64,000 bases of DNA. Origin: Trypanosoma brucei. Taxonomy: Eukaryota. The position numbers and the translations under genes were made by a program. Where the stretch lies: positions 2,464,001-2,528,000 of the forward strand of contig CM000208.1 in the NCBI GenBank assembly GCA_000002445.1, in the 5' to 3' direction. Below are positions 53,180-64,000 of the stretch, one piece after another (the stretch's first letter is position 1; each line of letters starts with the position of its first letter). The notes beneath the pieces were generated by a model. That model saw only the letters and a program-made list of their open reading frames with translations. It was not told the origin of the DNA and did not search any database.

Positions 53180-53511
53180 TCACCCCAGAGCTTTGTGCTG
53201 CCTAGCACTGAGGATTCACCTAAATTACAGTGCAATCGGCTCAGTCACATGGTGTAACACGAGTGTGGTTGCGGTTCAAAGGGAATGGTGAGAGAAGAAA
53301 AAAAGTGTAAAGCCCCCGTCGAGGAGATCCCACAAGGGTGGAGAGAGGAAGGAGTGGCATGTAGCCAAACTACAGGCAAGGAATACACACTTGAGTACTA
53401 ATGCACAAGTTATAGGGAGACTTTCGTTTTTACCCTAACCCTTATCTTGGGTGTCGCAAGGGCGGAGAAAAGTTTATCCCTTTTTTGGTTCACAGCCTTT
53501 CTGTCCTTACT

Positions 53512-55074
53512 TTATTCCCCTGCCATGCTGGTTTCTTCCGGTGAGTCATTTCGATCTCGCTTTGTGGGTTTTCTTACCCCTTTGGTTTGTGTGCCTGCTT
53601 CCCCTGCAAGGAGATTTGGCAGGTGTTTGCCCACTTGCATCTTATCTCGCTTGTTTGGAGTAGCCGCAAACGCTCCATTCTTAGTTTTTTTCTGTTTTAC
53701 CTGTCTAATAACCTTCTTCGCTGCTGCATGCGCCTTCAAAGTTTCCACACGTTCTCCAAACTGATCCTCGATCTGCAATTTCGCTTGTACCTTAGCACTG
53801 GAGACCTCATCAAGGATCTTTAACACATCTTTTTCACCCACACCCTTTACCTTCCAGAGTTCTAAGGTACACTGAAGCTTTTTCTCCAGTCGTTTCACAA
53901 GGCTCACATCATTTTCCGTTATAAGTGCAACGGAGAGACCCTTCCTTCCGGCACGGGCTGTACGACCCACACGGTGTAAATAAGTAGAGGACTGCTTTGG
54001 AAGGTCATAATGTACAACAGCACCAACTGCGGGAATGTCCAAACCTCGACTGGCGATATCGGTGGCAACCAAAACGCGGGCAATGCCCAGCTTAAAGGTG
54101 GCTAAGTTATCAATTCGATGCTTCTGCGATATTATAGAGTTCAGGCTACAAACAGGAAAACCGAGGAGCTGCAAGGTAAGCCTAACAATCTCACACCGCA
54201 TACACGAGTTGGCAAAAATGATGGTTGTCTGATCCGATCCCACACTCCTGAGCGCTGCAACAAGGTAGGCTAACTTTACCATGTTGGGAATGAAGAGATA
54301 TGTTTGCCTTAGTGAGTCGGCCACAGTGTATGAAGTACCAACGGAGTTCCCACTGCCACTCGATTCGTTGTCAGACTTACGTGCTACATCTGGCATATTC
54401 ATCACAGTGTTGGTGGCGTGCACCTCGAGTTGGCCCGCAGCATCGGAGATACCAAGGCGTTCCAACCATCCTCCCTTTTCAACGCGTACAAGGTGTTGCT
54501 CCAGCGTAGCGGTGAAGAGAAGAGTGCGTCGGGTGGGGCGTGGTGGTTGTAGCAGTTCAACAACATCCGAAACATCCCCCTCCATATCATCGGTTGTGAG
54601 CCGGTCAGCCTCATCGAGCACGAGAAAGCGGAGATGTGAAAAGGCCTTGCGAGCTTCCGGAAAGGTTCCAAGAAGAAATTTGAGGCGACCAGGTGTTGCA
54701 ACAACAACATGTGGCCGACCGTGCAACACGCTCACCTGCTGCTCATGGGGTACACCACCAATGGCAAGGGCGGCACGAATATGGAGGGGGGCGCCAAGCG
54801 CTACAAATTGATCCAATATCTGGTACGCAAGCTCACGAGACGGCGTCAGCACAAGAGCGAAAACACCATAAGGGTCCTCCGCCAATATCTGGAGTAACGG
54901 AAGAACAAAAGCCGCTGTCTTACCGCTTCCAGTGGCCGCACCCCCAACAACACACTTCCCAGCGAGTATAGAAGGGATGCAAAGCTTTTGTATCGGGGTG
55001 GGATGGTGTAGCGCCATGTAAGCGCACTGCTTCGATAACCATTGGTGCACGCCCAGTGCTTCGAACTCGCTCAT
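53512..55074 (-). CDS. DEAD-box ATP-dependent RNA helicase, DDX49/Dbp8-like. Start at the internal Met (MSEFEALG…).
   Basis: It has a Q-motif region, GSGKTAAF (motif I), PSRELA (Ia), DEAD (II), SAT (III) and HRVGRTARAGR (VI). The N-terminus MSEFEALGVHQWLSKQC…PTPIQKLCIPSIL closely matches DDX49 (MAEFSELGLAQWLVEQC…PTPVQLGCIPAIL). Confidence 0.8.
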   Translation of the reverse strand: MSEFEALGVHQWLSKQCAYMALHHPTPIQKLCIPSILAGKCVVGGAATGSGKTAAFVLPLLQILAEDPYGVFALVLTPSRELAYQILDQFVALGAPLHIRAALAIGGVPHEQQVSVLHGRPHVVVATPGRLKFLLGTFPEARKAFSHLRFLVLDEADRLTTDDMEGDVSDVVELLQPPRPTRRTLLFTATLEQHLVRVEKGGWLERLGISDAAGQLEVHATNTVMNMPDVARKSDNESSGSGNSVGTSYTVADSLRQTYLFIPNMVKLAYLVAALRSVGSDQTTIIFANSCMRCEIVRLTLQLLGFPVCSLNSIISQKHRIDNLATFKLGIARVLVATDIASRGLDIPAVGAVVHYDLPKQSSTYLHRVGRTARAGRKGLSVALITENDVSLVKRLEKKLQCTLELWKVKGVGEKDVLKILDEVSSAKVQAKLQIEDQFGERVETLKAHAAAKKVIRQVKQKKTKNGAFAATPNKRDKMQVGKHLPNLLAGEAGTQTKGVRKPTKRDRNDSPEETSMAGE

Positions 55075-56027
55075 GGCCTCTCCCTCTCCCTTTCCCTTTT
55101 TCCTCCACAACTCCTGCTGTTGCTGTTTGTTCCTTTTGGGCGCGTGGCGGAGCTCAACTCACTACCTTTTGGCGATGACCACGGTCGGTGTTGGTGAACA
55201 CAACAAACGGAATTTTTTCCTGAAAAAAAAAGAGGGAAAGAAGAAGTGAAGAGCGGAGGAACAACACACAGAGAGCCGAGATAGATATAAAAAAAAATGA
55301 CACACACGTGAGCACGCCACCAACACCATCATGGATGCCAGTGCCTTCCTGGCGTTTCTCCCCGCACTTCCGTCACACGTGCACGTACGCGTGTCTCATT
55401 GTGATATATTGTTTTTGTGGCAGTTCGCGCACGGCGGGTTCGACTGCCTCACTTTCTTCTCCCGATTACTGTCAAATTTTGTTTCGGTTGCATCCTTTGC
55501 TTCCACACACGCCTTTTCACATCTCCCCTCCTGGCCTTCTTCGGTCCTCTCACGGGGAAAACAGGTTTGTTTGGATGTTTTTCTCGCACCTCACAGATAT
55601 GGGCGGGTGCTTAGAAGTGAAAAATGCTCACGAGATCATTGGGCAGAGGATGAGAAGGGCGAACAAATGTAAAAATAGAAATAAATAAGAAAGAAAAGAT
55701 TTTGTCTTCCGAACAAACCCAGTGCAACCATCAATGCGGGGTGAGGTAGAAATAAAAGAAGGGGAAAAGAAAAATAAAAGGAACACAAATAGGAGGAAGC
55801 GAGAACGGACCTCCTTGGCAAGGCATTAGCTCACTCCCACCGGTAATGGAATCGAAACAGCAAATTACGCAAGGTCGCTTCCATACCACATGCGCCGGAC
55901 GGTTTAAAGAACCATCCGGTAAAACCTCACGTGCGCCTCCTACGCGTCCCTTTCAAGTGTGTGCCAAACCGCCGCGGTCCTTTGTATTGACCCTTATCAC
56001 ACGCACAACGTATCGCCCACTCTATGC

Positions 56028-57551
<1,524 letters not shown>

Positions 57552-57883
57552 TTATCACGGATGTATAGACGAGTGGATGGATGTTAGCGTCAGTAGGTTA
57601 GCGTCAGCGATTACCTTCTAGTGATAAAATGGAGTTGTAGAAATGGAAACGCGGAAAAGTTGACGGTGGTGGTGATGGTGGTTCCCCAGGAGCGTCCCAA
57701 AAACACACACGGAGCCACGGGAAACAACAGATAGTAATGAAGGGGTGGGTACGCCGATGAGCATCTTTAGTCCCTCCCCCGTTGCTGCCAACCATCTCTC
57801 CATCAACACTTGATGTTTGAAAACTCAAACGTTTATTGGATAAATAAACGAACGAACAAAAGAGGAAAGGGGGAGACGACGAC

Positions 57884-58864
57884 TTACTTGAAGACGCCAC
57901 GAGGCATCTTGGGACCATTCAACGGGAACGGGGTAATATCCTCGAAGTATCTCACGTGAAACTCATTGGCACGGTCTTGCACCGCTCGCACAGCACCCTG
58001 TCGACCGTTATAGAAGCCCATCACACGAACTACCAGCTCCACTTTCTCACCGCGACCCATTGGGCGCCCTTCGCTCGCCCGCATCTCACGCAATTTTGGG
58101 AGTAAATCGTTAAGGTACATGCTGGTCACTTGGTGACCGTTGTCGGTGGAGCCCTCGCTTCGGAAACCGCGATCGCCACCCTTCAGTCCTCTGTTACCAG
58201 CCGTATACGTATTCAGGATACGTTTTCCCTCGTAGGTGTAGGCAACCGCATATGTGTTACGTCGCCGCGAAACAAGGTAGAGGAAAACCATGTCACTGGT
58301 ATACCTCGGCATTTCCCCCCACATGTCAAGTTGGCTGTAATCTACTGGTCCCTGCGTCATTTCACTGTTTTTTACGAGAGAATAACCAAAACGAGTCTTG
58401 AAATAGTCTCCCCCAAGGACGCGGGGAGGAGGCACGGCTCCATCATTGCTGATTGCATGTTCACTTGTCTCTTCAGGGCAACTGCGAGCCTTCATGCGAT
58501 GCTCCTCCTCCTTTTCATACCACATACGCTCATTGAAGACGCGCTGGTGCTGCATCACATCATTCTCTGCGAGCTGCCGCATCTCCTCCCTGATCGACTC
58601 CTCGCTGCTTCGTGCTGACATATTCCGCCAATCCATCTGTGGAAGCTGCGGGGAAATAAAGGAATGAGCCTGGCCGGAAGCGTTATCAACATCTTGCTGC
58701 GTCAGTCGGTCATTAGTAGACCGAATCAGAAAATGGTTGAAATACTGTTGGCCGCCTTGTTGTGGTTTCAAAAGCATAGGAACACGACGGTACTTGTCAG
58801 GGAACATGCCAGCCCGTGGTCGGGGTTTTCCCCGACGTAAGAAGGTGACTGATTTCTGCATCAT
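57884..58864 (-). CDS. Hypothetical protein, 326 aa
   Basis: An ORF in the polycistron with no recognisable domain. Confidence 0.4.
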   Translation of the reverse strand: MMQKSVTFLRRGKPRPRAGMFPDKYRRVPMLLKPQQGGQQYFNHFLIRSTNDRLTQQDVDNASGQAHSFISPQLPQMDWRNMSARSSEESIREEMRQLAENDVMQHQRVFNERMWYEKEEEHRMKARSCPEETSEHAISNDGAVPPPRVLGGDYFKTRFGYSLVKNSEMTQGPVDYSQLDMWGEMPRYTSDMVFLYLVSRRRNTYAVAYTYEGKRILNTYTAGNRGLKGGDRGFRSEGSTDNGHQVTSMYLNDLLPKLREMRASEGRPMGRGEKVELVVRVMGFYNGRQGAVRAVQDRANEFHVRYFEDITPFPLNGPKMPRGVFK

Positions 58865-59196
58865 TTCTGTATTGCAGTAAACGGATGCTAACCTCTACCA
58901 CAACAGTGCACAAGAAAATTGTTTACATATTTATTCAACAACCGAGATGAGGGAAGGGAAAAGAGTGTGGTTGAGTTAGACAAGGTTGAAAAATACAGAA
59001 CACAAGTGCAAACAGCGAATTCGAACACAACCAATTTGTCAGTCAAAGAGGAATTGGAGAAAAGCACATTTATACAGGCTTCCGCAAACTTCACATATAC
59101 AGAAATTAACGACAGCCCCCCCTTCGCCCCTTGGCTCCCTTGAAACTACCATATTCTCAACGAACGAGGTTCCCCTCACTAACTGGAGGAAATAAA

Positions 59197-61332
59197 CTAA
59201 ACACCGCGCAGTTGGTATTTGCCACCCATCTGCAGAATAACGCCAGCCTCATTCAGCTGGTAAACCATAGCATTCGCATCTCGACAGCCCGCTTCTTCAC
59301 ATGCGGCGAGCACTGTGCGGTGCGACAGGGCATTCACGCCCGTACGACATACCTCACCCTTGAGGGCATCAAGTATCTTCTCACGCTGAGTCATTTTTTT
59401 AGCAGCAGCACCTGTGCACGTAGGCTGCCTACGACCAAAATTATGAGAACCAAAACATCGCTTCATTAGTTCCACCGCATATCTGGCATCTTCAGCAGTA
59501 ACTTCGTGACGCAATTCGACCTTTGCGCGAGCCTCCGAGACTCGAATGAGTGCTTGAAGGAAGCGCGGAGTGACGGCCAACTCACCCATTGCAGCTTCAG
59601 CACGGCGCTGTAGGTAGTATGCTTTAAGAACATCACACGCCTCCTGTCGAAGCGAGGGATGGCAGTTATGTCGACAAAAAGCTATAAAGCGCTGAACCGT
59701 CTCAAGCGGAAGCGGGGGGCCACTAGTTTTTGCCACCGTACGGGATCCACCACCTTTTACGCACCGGTGCAACTGCAACACGTGATCCGAAAGAGAGCGG
59801 GAAGCGTCAGCCGACGGGCTCCGCATGCAAATCACAATGTCAAAGCGCGTAAATAGCGCAGGAGACAGGTTAAGGTTTGCTGGTATGGACTTTGTATCAT
59901 CGAAGCGCCCCCCTATGGGGTTTCCCGCGGTGAGAATCGCCGTATGCACAGGCACCGAAAATACCATACCAGCCTTAGCCATCGAAACAGACTCCTGTTC
60001 CATGACCTCAAGAAGGGCATTATGCTCAGGAACCCCTTTGTCAATCTCGTCAATGCATGTTATGCCGCCGTCGCCGTGCACAACAGCACCCGCCTCAAAC
60101 GAGGTTTCACCGGTTGTGGGGTCCCTCGACAGCGTTAAGGTCAAACCACACGACGAAGAAGTATGAGCACAGACGAAGGAACTGCGTGGGGCGACAGTGC
60201 AGGCCGCACGCAGCAATTGCGACTTGCCGAGACCGGGATCCCCCACAATTAGCAAATGTATGTTGCTGCGGGTGCGCTTCTTCATCGCAGTGCCTCCCAC
60301 CACAGCCAGTATAATCGCCTCTTTCACATGTTCAAGCCCAAAAATAGATGGTGCAAGTGAGCCGCACAGCATGGAGAACCATTGCGGGTTGCGGACCATT
60401 TCGTAAAAACGCCCACTCTCCTCCAACGAGTCTATCGTCTGCATGGGCCCTCGAACGGCGCTGTGCCGGCTGTTCTCGACAAAGCAGGCCCGAACAGCAA
60501 TTTGCTGCGTAGCATTCGTCCGTCCTTCCCCACGTCTTGCACACAGAACGCCGCAAACAACAACGTGCTCACCGACTGTTGCTATATTTATCCAGATACC
60601 ACGTAAATCAACAACAATCATATTGTGTATGCCACTACCCACAGTGGATCCATCGTAAGACTCAGTCTGTTCCTGTACCTTTAGCAACTGCACCTCCTCG
60701 CACTCACCCCTCTCCAGCAATGGAGCCCAATTGTAACCGCGACATCGACCACTGCAACGGCCAGGATAAACCAAGACCCCATCCTCCGTTGGCGCCTTGA
60801 CAACTGCTGCACACAAGTTACACCTGTATGTCATCTCAACGCAGGTTACTCGTGGGGGGCTCATTCGCACAACAGTGCCGCGCACAGTTACCAGCTTCCC
60901 AAGCAACGAGGCTCCCAAAGTATCAAAAGGCGTCGCGCAGCCGTCATCGCCAATTACAATGCACAGCAACCGCCATGAACCCAACTCGCCTATTTGACGG
61001 TTCTTCTGATGTTGCTGGAAATAAAGCACAGCTTTAAAGAACTCCAGTAATGGGATGACAAGCCGGGGTTGCCCTACAACGGCATTTCGCATTGGCGTCT
61101 CCATCATGTCAATGCGCAGATCAACGGTGAAGGTAAAGATTGCGAGCTTCAAACAGGGCATGTGTTCTTTGGAGGCGGAGGACGAACGTATTTGTAACGG
61201 GGCAAGAAACCCCGCAAAAAGACGCCACATTTCACCAACAGCGTCCTCATCGTACGATAAGGGCGCCAGGTGTGAGCAATGAACGGCCCAAAGCACCTTT
61301 ACCGCTTCCTGTGGAACGCCATTCATCGACAT
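59197..61332 (-). CDS. MCM-family AAA+ ATPase (MCM8/9-like, shorter than MCM2-7)
   Basis: It has Walker A IHLLIVGDPGLGKSQLL, Walker B GITCIDEIDK, sensor/arginine finger …ALFTRFDIVI…, and an upstream Cys cluster (C…C…C..C) consistent with an MCM zinc finger. A C-terminal helical/winged-helix-like tail is present. Confidence 0.7.
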   Translation of the reverse strand: MSMNGVPQEAVKVLWAVHCSHLAPLSYDEDAVGEMWRLFAGFLAPLQIRSSSASKEHMPCLKLAIFTFTVDLRIDMMETPMRNAVVGQPRLVIPLLEFFKAVLYFQQHQKNRQIGELGSWRLLCIVIGDDGCATPFDTLGASLLGKLVTVRGTVVRMSPPRVTCVEMTYRCNLCAAVVKAPTEDGVLVYPGRCSGRCRGYNWAPLLERGECEEVQLLKVQEQTESYDGSTVGSGIHNMIVVDLRGIWINIATVGEHVVVCGVLCARRGEGRTNATQQIAVRACFVENSRHSAVRGPMQTIDSLEESGRFYEMVRNPQWFSMLCGSLAPSIFGLEHVKEAIILAVVGGTAMKKRTRSNIHLLIVGDPGLGKSQLLRAACTVAPRSSFVCAHTSSSCGLTLTLSRDPTTGETSFEAGAVVHGDGGITCIDEIDKGVPEHNALLEVMEQESVSMAKAGMVFSVPVHTAILTAGNPIGGRFDDTKSIPANLNLSPALFTRFDIVICMRSPSADASRSLSDHVLQLHRCVKGGGSRTVAKTSGPPLPLETVQRFIAFCRHNCHPSLRQEACDVLKAYYLQRRAEAAMGELAVTPRFLQALIRVSEARAKVELRHEVTAEDARYAVELMKRCFGSHNFGRRQPTCTGAAAKKMTQREKILDALKGEVCRTGVNALSHRTVLAACEEAGCRDANAMVYQLNEAGVILQMGGKYQLRGV

Positions 61333-61633
61333 CCCTTCTACATCAGAAAATGATTTGGTTGGTATTTGATATATGTGTTGTACATATCTGCATGCAGGTG
61401 CGTGTTTTTTTTAATATGCCCACGCAAACAACAGAGAGGTAACTAGCGGTACAACACTACGCCGCAAACTCTGCGTAGGCACGTAACAATTATGAAGAAA
61501 CTTTTAGCTTTTTGGCAGTACCACGCAGTAGTGGTATTGGAAACAAAACCCTCCCAAAACGCCTCTTCTCACGCAACCCAGACCCGCCACAAAACACACT
61601 GCAGGCCACCACACAAAGCGCGACGTTAAAAGC

Positions 61634-62035
61634 TCAGAGAAGATCCTTCTCCTTTAGAAGCTTAGTCAGTTGGCCACTGAGAAGCATACCCTTACAAACA
61701 TCATAGCCACCAACGAGGTCACCGTCAATGTACAACTGAGGGTACGTTGGCCAGTCGCTATATATCTTCAGTCCCTCGCACACCTCATCGTCCTCCAGAA
61801 TGTTGTAAAAGCTATACTTCACGCCTAGTTGATGCATCATATCCACCATTTTCACCGTAAACCCGCAGCGAGGCTCCTGGGGCGTGCCCGTAAGGAAAAT
61901 GACAATCCGATCCTCAGCGATAATCCTGCGTATTGCCGCCGCAAGTTCAGGTTTAACCTGATCTGGAGCACGGTTCGGTAGCGTGCAACGCAGGAAAGCG
62001 GGACTGGATGCAAAAATGCGGCGCAGCATGGGCAC
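61634..62035 (-). CDS. Monothiol (1-Cys) glutaredoxin with a CGFT active site, probably 1-C-Grx2 type
   Basis: …TGTPQEPRCGFTVKMVDMMHQLGVKYSFYNILEDDEVCEGLKIYSDWPTYPQLYIDGDLVGGYD… matches the Grx5/monothiol Grx signature (CGFS-like motif, WPTxPQLY(I/V)xGE). A targeting-sequence-like N-terminus is present. Confidence 0.75.
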   Translation of the reverse strand: MPMLRRIFASSPAFLRCTLPNRAPDQVKPELAAAIRRIIAEDRIVIFLTGTPQEPRCGFTVKMVDMMHQLGVKYSFYNILEDDEVCEGLKIYSDWPTYPQLYIDGDLVGGYDVCKGMLLSGQLTKLLKEKDLL

Positions 62036-62250
62036 CTAATTCTCTGCCTTCAGGACAAATCAGTAACGAGAGAGGATCCACATGAAGGTGAAATAGAGCA
62101 GTTAAAACAGGTACTTATTCGCCCTCCGCATCAAAGAAACCGGGGCTCGTGGGGGGAGGGGGGGAAGTTATCCCATTGCAAAAGCGTTAAGCACCCAGCG
62201 GATAACCTCAACCAAATTCGGTGCCGCCAGGGGGACCGGTCGAACACTGC

Positions 62251-63288
62251 TTAACCGCTCTTCCCCAGGGCATTGCCAACAACATGAAGTGTGTTACTTT
62301 CAAACAAAAGACCAGCCGGGCTGAACTGAGGAAATAGAAAACGAGGAGGCGACGGAAATGACCTGCAGGTAACGGTACCGTTAACGCACCGCAAAAATAT
62401 AAACTTCCTCCCCAGAAGCATGGCCCACACATCTCTACCATTACTCGTCATCATCACCGTATGAACACCTAGGTTCTCACTAAAATCCCTTGCGTCAGCA
62501 CAACCACTGATGCGCTGAATCCACAATGGCCCACCGGTGTAACGCGCGTCGTGCAGGAAAACGGTACCGCAACCCGTCGCCACAGCATACAACGGGGACC
62601 CGCTTCCACCTCCCTGCACTGCCTCGAGAGGTCCAACTCCCTCCGGGATCTTCATTTGAAGTTGGGCCTCGCCGTGTGAATCAAAGGTGAATAAAGTGTC
62701 ACGCGAGGACGCGACAAACCCCCCGGCACAGAAATGAGGATATTGCTGTCGATGCAAATCCAGCTTGTCGACGTTGGGGCGCAGACTCATCTTCCACGCC
62801 GTCGCATATTCGAAGGAAGTTCCCCACATCACACCCGTCTCCCCCTTACGAACGCAAACAGCATCCGCCCCACCACCACCGTTGCCACACAAAGGCACAA
62901 CCTTGCTCACATAAACCCCCCTCTCCCACGGTTCACCAACAAATATGGTACTGCAGTCCCCACTACTACCTTTGGTATTGTCGGTAGCATACAGTGGAAC
63001 ACTGTGCAGCGTCACAGTTGAAGCTGCATCAGCGAGCGCAAGCACCGCACGGTTCCCAGAGTGGGGTACGTAACCCGCACCATCTGTTAGCAGTCGGTGA
63101 TGCTGCGGAAAAAATCTATGGACAGTGACGGCCCCACCAGAAACCGACGCCGAACATGCCTTGTCGTGTCCAACCAGCAACAGTGAGGGTTGTGAAGAGT
63201 CACGACAAAAAGATATTGCATCAACGCATACGAGCGGGAATGAGCATACAGTGGCACACGCAGGGATGGCTGTAATGTCGAGCATCAC
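62251..63288 (-). CDS. Hypothetical protein, 345 aa
   Basis: The last ORF of the - strand block in the window. No confident domain call. Confidence 0.4.
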   Translation of the reverse strand: MMLDITAIPACATVCSFPLVCVDAISFCRDSSQPSLLLVGHDKACSASVSGGAVTVHRFFPQHHRLLTDGAGYVPHSGNRAVLALADAASTVTLHSVPLYATDNTKGSSGDCSTIFVGEPWERGVYVSKVVPLCGNGGGGADAVCVRKGETGVMWGTSFEYATAWKMSLRPNVDKLDLHRQQYPHFCAGGFVASSRDTLFTFDSHGEAQLQMKIPEGVGPLEAVQGGGSGSPLYAVATGCGTVFLHDARYTGGPLWIQRISGCADARDFSENLGVHTVMMTSNGRDVWAMLLGRKFIFLRCVNGTVTCRSFPSPPRFLFPQFSPAGLLFESNTLHVVGNALGKSG

Positions 63289-64000
63289 CCGTCGCCATGA
63301 AGGACCACCACCTTCACGTACGGCAAATGTGCAACTAGATTCGAGAATTAGAAAAAAAAAAAAAAAGTGGCAAGCAGACTAATTTGTAGGGCACCAACGA
63401 ATGACGAGTAAAATAAACAGAAGGGAATACAACAACCGACCTCGGGGAGCGGTAACGTATTTTAAGAGGATGCACACAGGAAACCCAGACACACTTGCCA
63501 CACCGATCACCGCCAAAGTACATACGCGCATAAAGGTATGAACTGTCGTCTGTGAAAAGGCCAAATAAGAGGCCGTTCACAGAAGACTAGAGTTGTTGCA
63601 AACACCGTCAGCCACTCCAATTCAGTGCACCAGAGGAGCAAAAGCAAAAAAAACGACAACAGGCCGACATATCACTTATCGCCTGTGCGTTAAGAACAGA
63701 AATCACCATGTAACATCGCCATGGCTGAACCAAGGGGGAATTGAGAAATCAAATATGCTGAGTGACAAACAACGCCGACTGCTTCAGAGAGGAGCACAGT
63801 CCGTTATGCATCACTTATTATCTCCTGGGGGCCTACCGTCTGAGTCGACGTGGTTACTGATGCGGACCCCATTGCCACCTGTGGCTGAGAGACCAACAGA
63901 AACCTTGAAACTGTCGTATAGGAGCCACTGCAAAGCTGTCAACGCTCCCGTCATCATCATACGGAGCTCAACGCCTTTCCACAGCCCACTCCACCCAAGT

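Larger units (their letters stand above)
44911..53387. repeat. Segmental duplication copy B (about 8.5 kb), a direct repeat of 21018-29950
   Basis: See copy A. It carries the same three ORFs, and the MARP array is four units shorter. Confidence 0.9.

Noticed and set aside
53447-55688. + strand ORFs of 60-176 aa antisense to the DEAD-box helicase and in its upstream region
   Set aside because: They are fully nested antisense to a well-supported conserved helicase CDS and have no independent signals.

Overview
This window looks like a chromosome-internal region of Trypanosoma brucei (Kinetoplastida). The assignment rests on the encoded proteins and on the gene organisation; no search was possible. 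It is a eukaryotic polycistronic locus with no introns or operons.

A short block of + strand genes (1-7396) converges on a very long block of - strand genes (9086-63288) at a strand-switch region (7397-9085). The + strand block holds a PRP46/PLRG1-like WD40 protein (truncated at the 5' edge), a divergent GTPase-like protein, an ESAG8-like leucine-rich-repeat protein and a coiled-coil hypothetical.

The centrepiece is the EP procyclin locus on the - strand. Two EP procyclin genes (EP1-like with an N-glycosylation site, EP2-like without) are followed by four procyclin-associated genes (PAG family, ESAG6/7 transferrin-receptor-like). This arrangement matches the published RNA-polymerase-I-transcribed EP/PAG1 unit of chromosome 10. 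The pol I promoter region is expected immediately upstream of EP1.

Upstream of that unit (higher coordinates, same strand) are two near-identical copies of a giant MARP-type microtubule-associated repetitive protein gene. Each is built from about 50 tandem 114-bp (38-aa) units. They sit inside a roughly 8.5-8.9 kb direct segmental duplication separated by about 15 kb of unique DNA. The unique DNA carries genes for a MORN-repeat protein kinase, SMC2, a CDC27/APC3 TPR protein, a metallophosphoesterase and a hypothetical protein.

Further upstream lie a DDX49/Dbp8-like DEAD-box helicase, trypanothione reductase, an MCM-family ATPase, a CGFT monothiol glutaredoxin and hypotheticals.

The most interesting features that are not ordinary coding sequence are a GC-rich island with a 31-bp perfect inverted repeat between the MARP gene and the procyclin promoter, duplicated flank elements around EP1 and EP2, and the mosaic variant structure of the MARP repeat arrays. 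All database-level identifications are from memory of protein families and need BLAST confirmation.
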